From: an uncultured Solirubrobacterales bacterium
GTDB taxonomy: Bacteria > Actinomycetota > Thermoleophilia > Solirubrobacterales > Solirubrobacteraceae
Assembly: GCA_963698875.1 (NCBI GenBank)
Contig: CAVOSI010000002.1
Coordinates: forward strand, 2,164,846-2,228,845
Direction: 5' to 3'
DNA length: 64,000 bases
Position 1 is the first letter of the stretch. The number at the start of each line of letters is the position of its first letter. The position numbers were made by a program, and so were the translations under genes. Positions 50,504-60,847 of the stretch are shown piece by piece. The notes under the pieces were generated by a model. It did no database searches. It saw only the letters and a program-made list of their open reading frames with translations, and was not told the DNA's origin.

Positions 50504-51679
50504 GTGAGCGAGGCCGCACCCCCGAGCGCCGAAGAGCAGAAGCTAACGGGCTCCGCAGACACCGAGCGGCCCGAGCCACCGCGCGCGGTGGTGCCACGCT
50601 GGGTCCAGCTGGTGCTGTTGCCGCTCGCGATCATCGCGGTGTGGGTCGTGGCGAAAGCCGCCGGGAAAGTGCTAATTATCTTCATCGTCGCGGCGCTCAT
50701 CGCGCTGATCCTCAACCCGGCGGTCGCGTTCCTCCAACGCGGCAAATTGCCGCGAGGGCTGGCCGTGCTCGCTGTGTACCTTGCATTCTTCCTTACGCTG
50801 AGCGGGATTGGGGTACTAGTTGCCAACCCTATCTCCAACCAGGTCGCGTCGTTCAGCCGCGATGTGCCGAAACTGGTCAAAAAGGCGAACCGTTCGCTGG
50901 CTGAATTTCAGAACACGCTCAACAGCAGCGGCGTCCACGTGAAGTTCATCAAGCAGGGCGAGACCGCCCTGCAGACCCTCCAGGACAAACTCGTCAAAGG
51001 CTCCAGCTCGATCGTTTCCTCGGCCGGGGGGCTGCTCAGCGAATTCGTCAGCGCGAGCTTTGACGTGCTGCTGGTGTTCGTGCTGTCGGTCTACATGCTC
51101 CTTTACGGGCAGCGCATCGGCAGGCTGATACGCAAGTACATGCCCGACGGCGACGGCAGTCCGGCCGATGACTACCCGCGGCTCGTGCAGAGCGCGGTGG
51201 CCCGCTACGTCGGTGGACAGTTGCTGTTCAGCCTGATCATGGGCGCGACGGCCGGAATCGCGCTCTACATCTTCGGGCTGCTCGGGATCTTCCCGGATGG
51301 AAAACGCTACGCGGTCGTGTTTGCGGTCTTCTACGGCCTGATGGAGCTCGTGCCCTACATTGGTCCGATCGTGGGGGCCTTGCCCGCGGTGCTGATCGCG
51401 CTCTTCAACGATCCCGTCTCCGCGCTGTGGGTCTCGTTGATGTTCGTTGCCCTGCAGCAGCTCGAGGGGCATATCGTCGCCCCGCAGATCTTCGGTCACA
51501 CGCTGCGCATCAACCCGCTGCTGGTGATCTTCGCGCTGCTGCTCGGCTTGCAGTTGCACGGCGTCGTTGGCGCGCTGATCGCGCTGCCGATCCTCTCTGT
51601 GCTGCGCGAGACGGTCGTATATCTAGGCCGCCACATCACCTTCGAATCGTGGGATCGCCCCTCGCGCGAGCTGTTGTGA
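50504..51679 (+). CDS. AI-2E family transporter
   Basis: ELVPYIGP, QQLEGHIVAPQI and GALIALP. Confidence 0.9.
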   Translation: MSEAAPPSAEEQKLTGSADTERPEPPRAVVPRWVQLVLLPLAIIAVWVVAKAAGKVLIIFIVAALIALILNPAVAFLQRGKLPRGLAVLAVYLAFFLTLSGIGVLVANPISNQVASFSRDVPKLVKKANRSLAEFQNTLNSSGVHVKFIKQGETALQTLQDKLVKGSSSIVSSAGGLLSEFVSASFDVLLVFVLSVYMLLYGQRIGRLIRKYMPDGDGSPADDYPRLVQSAVARYVGGQLLFSLIMGATAGIALYIFGLLGIFPDGKRYAVVFAVFYGLMELVPYIGPIVGALPAVLIALFNDPVSALWVSLMFVALQQLEGHIVAPQIFGHTLRINPLLVIFALLLGLQLHGVVGALIALPILSVLRETVVYLGRHITFESWDRPSRELL

Positions 51680-52395
51680 GCGCCGTTCTCAGCGTTCGCG
51701 CCCTCGCCAAGAGCTTTGGCGACCTTGAGGCGCTACGGGACGTCGGCTTCGATCTGCAGGCGGGTGAAACGGTCGCGGTCGTCGGGCCCAACGGGGCGGG
51801 CAAGACGACCCTGCTGTCGATCATCGCCGGCCTGCAGCCGCCGAGTGCTGGCAGCGTCAGCCGCGGCGCCCGCGAAGTCGGCTGGGCGCCGCAGCAGCCA
51901 GCGCTCTACTCAAAGCTGTCGGTCGCCGAGAACCTCGAGTGCTTCGCGCGCTTGGAGAAGCTCGCCGACCCCGCCGGCGCGGTGCAACGCATGCTCGAGC
52001 AGACGGGTCTGGTCGAGCGCGCTGATGAACCCGTGGGGCGTCTCTCCGGCGGCAACCGTCAGCGTGTGAACGTCGCACTCGGGTTGATTGCCGACCCGCC
52101 GGTACTCGCGCTCGATGAGCCCTCGGCTTCGCTGGACCCGGCCCAGCGTGAGCGCCTGTGGGCTTTCATCGCCGGACTTACAGCCGCTGGCACCGCGGTC
52201 GTCTTCTCCACCCACCACGTCGGCGAGGCGCAACGCCACGCCGATCGACTCTTGGTGCTGGATGACGGGCGGCTGCTCTTCGATGGGTCGCCGGCGCAGC
52301 TCATGGTCGAGGGTGGCGTGCCGGCGGGGGACCTCGAGGACGCGCTCGTGCGCTTCCTCGAGCAGGCTTCCCCTGCGTCGGGAGTGCGGACATGA
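51676..52395 (+). CDS. ABC transporter ATP-binding protein
   Basis: GPNGAGKTT, LSGGNRQR and LDEP. Confidence 0.93.
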   Translation: MSAVLSVRALAKSFGDLEALRDVGFDLQAGETVAVVGPNGAGKTTLLSIIAGLQPPSAGSVSRGAREVGWAPQQPALYSKLSVAENLECFARLEKLADPAGAVQRMLEQTGLVERADEPVGRLSGGNRQRVNVALGLIADPPVLALDEPSASLDPAQRERLWAFIAGLTAAGTAVVFSTHHVGEAQRHADRLLVLDDGRLLFDGSPAQLMVEGGVPAGDLEDALVRFLEQASPASGVRT

Positions 52396-53723
52396 GGTGG
52401 CTGCTGCGCAAGGACCTGCTGATCCTCCGCCGCTCGCGCTTGCTGGTGGCGCTGCTGATCGTCTATCCCGTGGCGATCGCGCTGCTGATCGGGTTTGCGA
52501 TCTCGCGTAGCCCCTCGCGCCCGCACGTGGCGATCGTCGATGAGACCCCACCCGGAGCGACCGTCAAGGTCGGTAGCCAGCGGGTCGCGGTCAGCCAGTA
52601 TGCCCAGCAGCTCTTCAGCCAGGTGCAGTCGGTCAGCGTCGCGACACGCTCACAGGCAATCGCCAAGGTTAAATCGGGCGAGGTGATCGCGGCGGTCGTG
52701 ATCCCGCAGAACATCGCTGCGCGGCTCTCCTCGGTCACGGAGCAGGCGCAGCTTGAAGTTCTCTACAACGGCGATGCGCTTGAGCAATCGCTCGTGCAGT
52801 CCTCGCTCGACTCGGCGATCGCCCAGGCCAACTTGGGCTTCTCTGAACAGATCCAGCAGGCCGCGGCAAAGGCGATCGCGGCGCTGCTCGATGGCGGCAA
52901 CTCGGGCATCCTCGGCGCGCCCGAAAACTTGATCGGGCTGAACCAGATCCCACCGACGCTGAAGCAGATAATCGCTCATCAGCCGCGCGGGCACGAGCGC
53001 AGCGAACTGGAAAGGGTCGAGGCCTTTGCCGGCTTCGCCGCGGAGAACTTGACCGCAAGCAAGCAGGTGCTCTCGACGATCAGCCAGCCGATCAAGGCCA
53101 AGAGCAGTCTCCTCAAAGGGCGCCGCACGCCGCTAAACACCTTCGCCGTGGTTGTCGCGGTCAGCGTCTCGTTGATGTTCGTGTGCGTGCTGCTCGCCGC
53201 GGGCGGCGTCGCGCTCGAGCGCGAAGAGCGCGCGCTCGGACGGCTCGTGCGTGGCTTGGTCAGCCGTGAGGCGCTGCTCGCCGAGAAGGGCCTGCTCGCC
53301 GCAGGCTGCTCGTTCGTGGTTGCGCTGGCGATGCTCGCAGGCGTCGGCGCCTTCGTCTCGCTCGACTGGGGCCGCGCCGGGCTGTGGCTCGCGGCGCTCG
53401 CCTTCGGCTCGGTGGCCTTTGGCGCGCTCGGCGTGGCGATCGGCGCGCTGGCCCGCGAGGTTCGCGCCGCATCGCTCTTGGCCTTCCTGCTCTCGCTGCC
53501 GCTCGCCTTCCTGGCACTCGTGCCCTCGGGCTCGGTCTCGAGCGGCTTCTACGACGCGATCAGAACCGTCTCGTTCGTGTTCCCCTTCAAGGCAGCGCTG
53601 CAGGCGCTCGATGCGGCTGTCAACGGCGCTTCACCGTCGATCGGCGGCTCGCTGGCGCACCTCGCCGGTCTGACGCTGCTCTTCGGCGCACTCGCTCGTG
53701 CGGGCCTGCGCCGCGCTGATTGA
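52392..53723 (+). CDS. ABC-2 type transporter permease
   Basis: N-terminal TM, large extracytoplasmic loop and C-terminal TM segments; coupled to the ATPase gene. Confidence 0.88.
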   Translation: MRWLLRKDLLILRRSRLLVALLIVYPVAIALLIGFAISRSPSRPHVAIVDETPPGATVKVGSQRVAVSQYAQQLFSQVQSVSVATRSQAIAKVKSGEVIAAVVIPQNIAARLSSVTEQAQLEVLYNGDALEQSLVQSSLDSAIAQANLGFSEQIQQAAAKAIAALLDGGNSGILGAPENLIGLNQIPPTLKQIIAHQPRGHERSELERVEAFAGFAAENLTASKQVLSTISQPIKAKSSLLKGRRTPLNTFAVVVAVSVSLMFVCVLLAAGGVALEREERALGRLVRGLVSREALLAEKGLLAAGCSFVVALAMLAGVGAFVSLDWGRAGLWLAALAFGSVAFGALGVAIGALAREVRAASLLAFLLSLPLAFLALVPSGSVSSGFYDAIRTVSFVFPFKAALQALDAAVNGASPSIGGSLAHLAGLTLLFGALARAGLRRAD

Positions 53724-53753
53724 GCCAGTAAAAGCTCTACCCTGGGGTAGGCG

Positions 53754-54743
53754 ATGGCTTTTCCACAGACGCGCATGCGCAGACTGCGGGCCACGGCCGG
53801 CCTGCGCGGTCTCCTACGCGAGACCGAGTTGCGCGCCGGCCAGCTCGTACTGCCGCTGTTTGTCAGCGAGGACGCCGCCGCGAGTGGACGCGAACCGATT
53901 GCCACGATGCCTGGTGTCGAGCGCCTCTCGCTCGCGGCCGCAGTGGAGGAGGCACGCGAGACAGCCGCCTTGGGGGTCGCCGCGGTGATGCTTTTTGGTG
54001 TCCCCAGCGCCAAGGATGAGGAGGGCAGCGGCGCCTGGGATGAGGACGGCGTCGTGCAGCTCGCCGTGCGTGCGATCAAGCAGGCAGTGCCCGAGCTGCT
54101 CGTGATCACCGACGTCTGCCTGTGCGAGTACACCGAGCACGGCCACTGTGGCGTGCTGCGCGAGGACGGCACGGTCGACAACGACACAACGCTCGAGCTG
54201 CTGGCCCGCACTGCCGTCAGCCACGCGCGTGCTGGTGCCGACATCGTTGCGCCCTCGGACATGATGGATGGTCGCGTTGGCGCGATCCGCGAGGCGCTCG
54301 ATGGTGAGGGCTTCTCTGACACGCCGATCCTTGCCTACTCGGCCAAGTTCGCCTCGGCCTTCTATGGACCCTTCCGCGATGCTGCTGGCTCGACGCCCGC
54401 GTTCGGCGACCGCCGTGGCTACCAGATGGATCCAGCCAACGGCGAGGAGGCGGTGCGTGAGGCGTTGCTCGACGTGCAGGAGGGCGCCGACATGGTGATG
54501 GTCAAGCCCGCGCTCGCCTATGGCGATCTGATCCGCGCGGTCAAGTCGGCGACGCGGCTGCCGGTGGCGGCCTATAACGTCAGCGGCGAGTATGCGATGG
54601 TCAAGGCCGCTGCCGCAGCCGGCTATCTCGATGAGCGGGTGGCAGTGCTCGAGATCCTCACCTCCCTGCGCCGTGCGGGCGCCGACACGATCGTCACCTA
54701 CCACGCAAAGGACGCAGCCCGATGGCTAGCAGAACAGATCTGA
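53754..54743 (+). CDS. hemB: Porphobilinogen synthase
   Basis: DVCLCEYTEHGHCG, APSDMMDGR, FYGPFRDA and MVKPA. Confidence 0.97.
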   Translation: MAFPQTRMRRLRATAGLRGLLRETELRAGQLVLPLFVSEDAAASGREPIATMPGVERLSLAAAVEEARETAALGVAAVMLFGVPSAKDEEGSGAWDEDGVVQLAVRAIKQAVPELLVITDVCLCEYTEHGHCGVLREDGTVDNDTTLELLARTAVSHARAGADIVAPSDMMDGRVGAIREALDGEGFSDTPILAYSAKFASAFYGPFRDAAGSTPAFGDRRGYQMDPANGEEAVREALLDVQEGADMVMVKPALAYGDLIRAVKSATRLPVAAYNVSGEYAMVKAAAAAGYLDERVAVLEILTSLRRAGADTIVTYHAKDAARWLAEQI

Positions 54744-55840
54744 TCAGCGACTCCACCGAGACCGAGCGCGCGAGCGCAGCGACGCCGAAGATCCGCTCGC
54801 GCAAGGACGGCGCCGCGGTGCCGCTCGACGATATCGATCGCAAGCTCCTGAACCTGATGCAGGGGAAGTTCCCGATCGCAGCACGCCCCTACCGCCACGT
54901 AGCCGAGCTCGGCGAGGTCAGCGAGGCGGAGGTGATGAGCCGCGTTCAGCGCCTGCTCGAGAAGCGCATCATCCGTCAGGTCACGCCGATCTTCGACACG
55001 CGTGCGCTCGGCTACTCCTCGATGCTCGTCGCCGCCAAGGTCGATCCTGAGCACCCGCACCGCGCCGCCCAGGTGATCAACGAACATCCCGGCGTCTCAC
55101 ACAACTACCTGCGCAACCACGACTTCAACCTGTGGTTCACGATCGCGACCGAGCCCGACTCCAAGCTCGGTCTCGACGGGACGCTCGAGATCCTCGCGCG
55201 CGAGTCCGGCGCGGAGTCGGTGCGTCAGCTGCCGACGCTGAAGCTCTTCAAGATCCGCATGGATCTGGAGATGGAGGGCGACACCAAGGCGCTGGCGAGC
55301 GCCGCGGAGGTTAAGGAGCCGATCGACCTCGAGCCCCAGCCCTATGACGAGCTCGACATCGCAGTGATCCGCGCGCTACAGGGCGACATGCCTGTGATCG
55401 AGGAGCCCTACGCGCCCGCAGCCGCCGAGCTGGGCATGACCCAAGAGCGTCTGCTCGACCATCTCGCCGGCATGCAGGAGCGGGGGCTGCTCAGACGCGT
55501 GGCGGCGATCCTCTATCACCGCCGCGCTGGCTTCTCGGCAAACGGTATGGGCGTCTGGAAGGTTCCCGAGGAGCAGATCTTCGAGATCGGCTGTCGCATG
55601 GCTGCCTTTCGCGGCATCTCGCACTGCTACCAGCGTCCGACCTACGAGGACTGGCCCTACTCGGTCTTCACGATGGCCCATGGGCGCTCCAAGGAGGAGT
55701 GCGACGCGGTGCTCGAGGCGATCGCTGAGCAGACCGGCATCCACGAGCGCGCGACGCTCTACTCATCGACCGAGTTCAAGAAGATTCGCCTCACCTACTT
55801 CACCGAGGACTTCAAGAACTGGGAGCGCGAGCACGCCTGA
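54722..55840 (+). CDS. ahbAB: Fused siroheme decarboxylase AhbA-AhbB (NirDLGH/AsnC-like)
   Basis: Two AsnC-like halves with VSHNYLR and ISHCYQRP plus GFSANGM, located between hemB and hemL. Confidence 0.85.
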   Translation: MASRTDLISDSTETERASAATPKIRSRKDGAAVPLDDIDRKLLNLMQGKFPIAARPYRHVAELGEVSEAEVMSRVQRLLEKRIIRQVTPIFDTRALGYSSMLVAAKVDPEHPHRAAQVINEHPGVSHNYLRNHDFNLWFTIATEPDSKLGLDGTLEILARESGAESVRQLPTLKLFKIRMDLEMEGDTKALASAAEVKEPIDLEPQPYDELDIAVIRALQGDMPVIEEPYAPAAAELGMTQERLLDHLAGMQERGLLRRVAAILYHRRAGFSANGMGVWKVPEEQIFEIGCRMAAFRGISHCYQRPTYEDWPYSVFTMAHGRSKEECDAVLEAIAEQTGIHERATLYSSTEFKKIRLTYFTEDFKNWEREHA

Positions 55841-55847
55841 GGCGTCC

Positions 55848-57156
55848 GTGACGGCGCCGCTGATCGACACCCGCTCGGCCGAGCTCTACGCGCGAGCGCT
55901 CAAGCGGATTCCGGGTGGGGTCAACTCACCTGTACGCGCGATGCGTGCGATTGGGCGCGATCCGCTCTTCATCGAGCGCGGCGAGAGCGCCGAGATCGTC
56001 GATGTCGACGGCAATCGCTATATCGACTACGTCTGCTCGTGGGGGCCGCTGATCCACGGCCACGCCCATCCCCAGGTGCTGCGCGCGCTTGGAGAGGCCG
56101 CGGCAAACGGGACGAGCTTCGGCGCACCGACCGCCGGTGAGGTGCGCCTCGCCGAGGAGGTTGCAGCGCGAATGCCAGGCGTGGAGATGCTGCGGATGAC
56201 TTCCTCAGGGACTGAGGCAACGATGACCGCGATCCGTCTCGCGCGGGCGGCGACGGGGCGCGAGCTGGTGCTGAAGTTCGCGGGCGCCTACCACGGCCAT
56301 CTCGACGGCTTGCTGGCAGAGGCCGGCTCGGGCCTGGCGACACAAGCGCTGCCAGCGAGCCCCGGGGTGCCGGCGAGCACCGCCGCGCAGACGATCGTGA
56401 TTCCTTGGAACGACGAGGCGGGGTTGCGGGCGGCCACGCAGCGCTCCGATCTGGCGGCGATCATTGCCGAGCCCTTGCCGGCGAACATGGGTCTCGTACC
56501 GGCCCAGGCGGGCTTCCTCGCGTTGCTGCGCGAGCGCGCCGATGCCTGCGGGGCGCTGCTGCTGCTCGATGAGGTGATCAGCGGCTTTCGTGTCGCGCGC
56601 GGCGGCGTCCAGGAGCTCGCTGGCATTCAGGCGGACCTGACGATCATGGGCAAGGTCATCGGCGGCGGGCTGCCTGCTGCTGCGATCGGTGGACGCGCCG
56701 AGCTGATGGAGATGCTGGCCCCTGCTGGCCCGGTCTATCAGGCTGGCACCTTGTCGGGGAATCCGCTGGCGGTCGCGGCCGGTTTGGCGACGCTCGAGCC
56801 TGCTCGACGATCGGGCCTACGCACGTCTCGCTGACTACACCACGCGCCTGGCCGATGGCCTGCGCGAGGCAGCCCGCGCGACGGGGCGTACGGTGCAGGT
56901 GCCGAGCGCGACGGGCCTCTTGACGGTCTTCTTCAGCGAGGAGCCCGTCGCCACCTTCGGCCAGGCGACGCGCTCCGATCTCGCGCTCCATGCGCGCTGG
57001 TGTCGTGAGCTCTTGGCGCGTGGGGTCTACCTGCCGCCGTCGCAGTTCGAGGCCTGGTTTCCATCGCTGGCGCATACCGAAGAGCAGCTGGGGCGCACGC
57101 TGCAAGCCGCAGCCGAGGCTTTCGCTGCGCTCGATGAACCGGAAGGGGGCGCGTGA
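55848..57156 (+). CDS. hemL: Glutamate-1-semialdehyde 2,1-aminomutase (frameshift near 56800-56830)
   Basis: PGGVNSPVRA, SSGTEA, DEVISGFR, GKVIGGGLP and PPSQFEAWF. Confidence 0.95.
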
Positions 57157-57722
57157 GCTCCGTCGCTGAGCGCACCGCGGAGGGAGGGCTCGAGCGGCTG
57201 CGCCGGCTGCTGCTCAAAGAGGGCGCCCTGATGGCCTCGCTTGTTGCCGCTTCTGCGCCAGAGCCTGCGCGGGGTGACAACGAAAGGGTCATGAGCCCTG
57301 GCAGCATCGCGGCGGAGGGCCCGCGCGCGAGCGGCAGGCGCGAGGAGTATGAGCTGCTGGTCGAGGCGATCTATGAGGGCTACCTGCTCCACTATGGCGC
57401 TCCCCGTGTCGTGCATGTCCCGGAGGCCGACCTCAGGCTGCTCGCGGGCGACCAGCTCTATGCGATCGGGCTCGCGCGGCTTGTCGCGCTCGGAGATACC
57501 CCGGCGGTGGCGGAGCTCGCCGACACGATCACGCTTAGCGCTCTCGCCCAGGGCGGCGGTGACGGCCCACTCGCCGAGGCCGTGTGGGTGGCCGGTGCGC
57601 GCGCTGTCGGCTGGGGCTCCAGCGATCTGCACACCCACGCGAAGCGGCTCCTCTGCGCCGGCGACCCCGCCGCGATCGAGGCGATGCGCACAAGCGCTGG
57701 GGCAACCCCAGCGTCGCCCTGA
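57153..57722 (+). CDS. Hypothetical helical protein, possibly a prenyl-synthase small-subunit-like protein
   Basis: EAIYEGYLLHYG and LLAGDQLYAIGL; coupled to hemL. Confidence 0.65.
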   Translation: MSSVAERTAEGGLERLRRLLLKEGALMASLVAASAPEPARGDNERVMSPGSIAAEGPRASGRREEYELLVEAIYEGYLLHYGAPRVVHVPEADLRLLAGDQLYAIGLARLVALGDTPAVAELADTITLSALAQGGGDGPLAEAVWVAGARAVGWGSSDLHTHAKRLLCAGDPAAIEAMRTSAGATPASP

Positions 57723-57748
57723 ATCGCGCCTCGATATTGTTAGCGGCG

Positions 57749-58414
57749 GTGTCAGACAAGCGCTCGAAACAGAAGTCCAAGTACACGCTCGACCGCCAGA
57801 TCCCCGGGGCCTTCGAGGGCGAGACGGTCACACGTCGTCGCTTCATGACGGGCACGGCCCACACGGCTGGAGCGATCGCTGCAAGCGCTTTTGCGCTGCC
57901 GGCGCTCGGCTTTGCGGTCGGACCGATCTTCAAAAGCTCGCCGCACCACTGGGAAGTGGTCGGACCCGAAGGCATGTTCTCCGAAACTAACTACGTGCCG
58001 GTCGTGATGACCGTCGCCCCGAGTATCGGTGAGGCCGGCAAGACGACGGTCTACGTGCGCAAGTTCAACCCGTCGATCGATACCGATCCATACGACAAGG
58101 ACACGCCCTTCATCGCGATCTCGAGTCGCTGCGCGCATCTCGGCTGCCCGGTGCGCTGGGTCGACGCGGCGGAGCGCTTCATCTGCCCTTGCCACGGCGG
58201 TGTCTATGACCTGCTCGGCCGCCGCGTCGGCGGACCGCCGGTGCGCCCGCTCGACCGCTTCTACACGCGCCTTAACGGCGGTAACGTCGAAGTCGGTCCG
58301 CGCTTTAGCGTCAACAGCGAGCTGCGTCGCTTCTCCCCGCGTGATCCCGGCGAGCCGCTCGATGGCATCGGCCAGTACCTCTACCCCTCGCGCCCCGGCG
58401 CTCAGAAACTCTAG
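57749..58414 (+). CDS. qcrA: Rieske Fe-S subunit of menaquinol-cytochrome c reductase
   Basis: Tat motif TRRRFM, CAHLGC and CPCHGG. Confidence 0.93.
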   Translation: MSDKRSKQKSKYTLDRQIPGAFEGETVTRRRFMTGTAHTAGAIAASAFALPALGFAVGPIFKSSPHHWEVVGPEGMFSETNYVPVVMTVAPSIGEAGKTTVYVRKFNPSIDTDPYDKDTPFIAISSRCAHLGCPVRWVDAAERFICPCHGGVYDLLGRRVGGPPVRPLDRFYTRLNGGNVEVGPRFSVNSELRRFSPRDPGEPLDGIGQYLYPSRPGAQKL

Positions 58415-58417
58415 ATC

Positions 58418-59230
58418 GTGCCCAAGCTCCCCAAGCTCCCAGCCCCGCCGTTGCCGGCCGCCCTGCAGGAACCGCCGCCGCGGCCCGGTGAGGGAAACGG
58501 CAAGACCGGCCCGATCGAGGACGCCAAGGCAGCCGGGATCAACGTCGTCGACTGGGTCGACGAGCGCACCTCGCTGAGCGGCGCCGGGCGTTGGCTGATG
58601 TTCCGCAAGGTGCCGAAGGGGACCAACTGGTTCTACACGCTCGGCTCGGCCACGATGTTCGCCTTCCTCTCCCAAGCTGTCACGGGTGTGTTTCTCGCGA
58701 TGTACTACCGGCCCGATCCGGCCGGGGGTGCATACGAATCGATTCGCTATGTCACCAACGACGTGTTCCTCGGGCAGTTCGTGCGCGGTATGCACAAGTG
58801 GGGCTCGAGCGTGATGGTGATCCTCGTCTTCCTGCACATGGGACGCACATTCTTCTTTGGCGCCTACAAGTACCCGCGCGAGCTCAACTGGGTGATCGGC
58901 GTGGTGCTGTTGATCCTGACGATGACGATGTCCTTCACGGGCTATCTGCTGCCCTTCGATCAGCGTGCCTACTGGGCGACGATCGTGGGTGTCAACATCA
59001 ACGGCACGGGCCCGCTGCTCGGCCCCTACCTCTCGGACTTCCTACGTGGCGGCTCTGAATTCGGCGCGACGACGCTCTCGCGCTTCTATGCGATCCACAT
59101 GCTGCTCGTACCGGGCGCGATCGCTGCGCTGATCGGCGCACACCTCTATCTGGTGGCCAAGCTGGGAACAACAGCGCCGCCCTGGCAGAAAGCCGAAAAG
59201 CGCTCTGAGCTGCGCGAGGCGGAGGTATGA
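58418..59230 (+). CDS. qcrB: Cytochrome b (b6-like, N-terminal half)
   Basis: RGMHKW, FLHMGR, PRELNW, TGYLLP and RFYAIH. Confidence 0.93.
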   Translation: MPKLPKLPAPPLPAALQEPPPRPGEGNGKTGPIEDAKAAGINVVDWVDERTSLSGAGRWLMFRKVPKGTNWFYTLGSATMFAFLSQAVTGVFLAMYYRPDPAGGAYESIRYVTNDVFLGQFVRGMHKWGSSVMVILVFLHMGRTFFFGAYKYPRELNWVIGVVLLILTMTMSFTGYLLPFDQRAYWATIVGVNINGTGPLLGPYLSDFLRGGSEFGATTLSRFYAIHMLLVPGAIAALIGAHLYLVAKLGTTAPPWQKAEKRSELREAEV

Positions 59231-59961
59231 ACCAGCGCGAGAAGGAGGAGTACCTCCGCGACTACTCGATCCTGAAGGCCCAGGGCAAGCCCTTCTTCCC
59301 CTACGCGGTCGCGAAGGACGGTGCGATGGCGGTCGTGGTGATGGCGATCATCATCACGATGTCGCTGGTGCTCGGCGCCGAGCTTGGCTCCAAGGCAAAC
59401 CCCACGACGACTACCTACGTGCCGCGTCCGGAGTGGTACTTCTTCTTCCTCTTCGAGGTCCTGCGCGTGATCAAGCCGCCGAGCCTCGTGCCGCTGGCGA
59501 CGATCGGCGTGCCGACGCTGTGCATGATCCTGCTGTTCCTGCTGCCTTTCTACGACCGTGGCCCCGAGCGTCGCCCCGAGCGCCGGCCGATCGCGACGAT
59601 CACAGGCATCGCGGTGATCGCGGCGATGGCCTTCCTCACATACGAGGGCGCCAACGCGGGCTCACCGACGGCGATCGAAATGACGACACCGGCGGCCGTC
59701 GTCCACGCCGGCGGGGCTTCGCTGAGCGAATACAAGGCGGGCTCAAAGGTGGTCGCCCAATCGGGCTGTCTGGCCTGCCACAAGATCGGCGAGAACGGTA
59801 ACGCCGGGCCGGGGCCAGATCTGACGCATATCGCCTCGCGATTGCCCCGGCAGGGGATCGCACGTACGCTCGTGAACCCGACGGCGCCGATGCCGTCGTT
59901 CAAGAACCTGCCGCCGAAGAAGTTCACAGCGATCGTCAATTTCCTCGCCCAGCTCAAGTAG
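59227..59961 (+). CDS. qcrC: Cytochrome b subunit IV fused to a monoheme cytochrome c
   Basis: PEWY, CLACH and a distal Met in MPSF. Confidence 0.92.
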   Translation: MNQREKEEYLRDYSILKAQGKPFFPYAVAKDGAMAVVVMAIIITMSLVLGAELGSKANPTTTTYVPRPEWYFFFLFEVLRVIKPPSLVPLATIGVPTLCMILLFLLPFYDRGPERRPERRPIATITGIAVIAAMAFLTYEGANAGSPTAIEMTTPAAVVHAGGASLSEYKAGSKVVAQSGCLACHKIGENGNAGPGPDLTHIASRLPRQGIARTLVNPTAPMPSFKNLPPKKFTAIVNFLAQLK

Positions 59962-60013
59962 CGCTGCCATGCCCGCTCGCAAGGGAGCCGAGGCACCCCG
60001 AGGGGCATCCTCC

Positions 60014-60802
60014 ATGTCGGAGGGCAGGCAGTCTGGACAGCTGCAGGCGGGGCAGGTGCGCGCGATGTTCGACGGTATTGCGGGCGTCTATGACCTGCTG
60101 AATACTGCGATGACGGCCGGCTTGCACCACAGCTGGCGCGCTCGCGCCGTAGACCTCGCGCGGGTTGGACCCGGCAGTCGCGTGCTCGACGTCGCGACTG
60201 GGACGGGCGACATGGCGATGGAGTTGGCTCGTCGCGTCGGTCCTGACGGAGAGGTCGTTGGCAGCGATTTCAGCGAGGGGATGCTCGACCGTGCGCGCAC
60301 CAAGGTGCTGAGTGAGAAGGGCAACGGGCTGCGACCCCGTTTCGAATGGGCCGACGCGATGCGCCTGCCCTACGACGAGGACTCCTTCGATGCGGCAACG
60401 GTGGGCTTCGGGGCGCGTAACTTCGACGATCTTGCGCGCGGCCTCTCGGAGATGGCCCGCGTCGTGCGTCCCGGGGGGCGCGTGGTGGTGCTCGAGATCA
60501 CCAACCCGACACGGCCGCCGCTGTCGCTCTTCTACGGGCTCTGGTTCGACCGCTTCGTCCCTCGGTTGGGACGCCTGGCAGGCACGCTCGGGGCACTCGC
60601 CGCGCGGCTGCGGGGAGCCGAGGCGAAGCCGAGCATCGGCGATGCCTACACCTATCTGCCCAACTCGGTCAAGCGCTTCCCGAGCCCGGAGGCGCTCGCC
60701 GCGGAGATGGAGCACGCGGGGCTCGAGGAGATCCACTATCTGCTGACCGCTGGTGGCATCGTTGCGATCCACGCCGGCACGGTGCCTGCTCGCGAGGGAT
60801 GA
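60014..60802 (+). CDS. menG: Demethylmenaquinone methyltransferase
   Basis: MFDGIAGVYDLLN, VLDVATGTGD and YTYLPNSV. Confidence 0.92.
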   Translation: MSEGRQSGQLQAGQVRAMFDGIAGVYDLLNTAMTAGLHHSWRARAVDLARVGPGSRVLDVATGTGDMAMELARRVGPDGEVVGSDFSEGMLDRARTKVLSEKGNGLRPRFEWADAMRLPYDEDSFDAATVGFGARNFDDLARGLSEMARVVRPGGRVVVLEITNPTRPPLSLFYGLWFDRFVPRLGRLAGTLGALAARLRGAEAKPSIGDAYTYLPNSVKRFPSPEALAAEMEHAGLEEIHYLLTAGGIVAIHAGTVPAREG

Positions 60803-60847
60803 GCAGGGTGGCGAGCGGCGCGGAGACAGCTGAGTCTGTCGGGCGAG

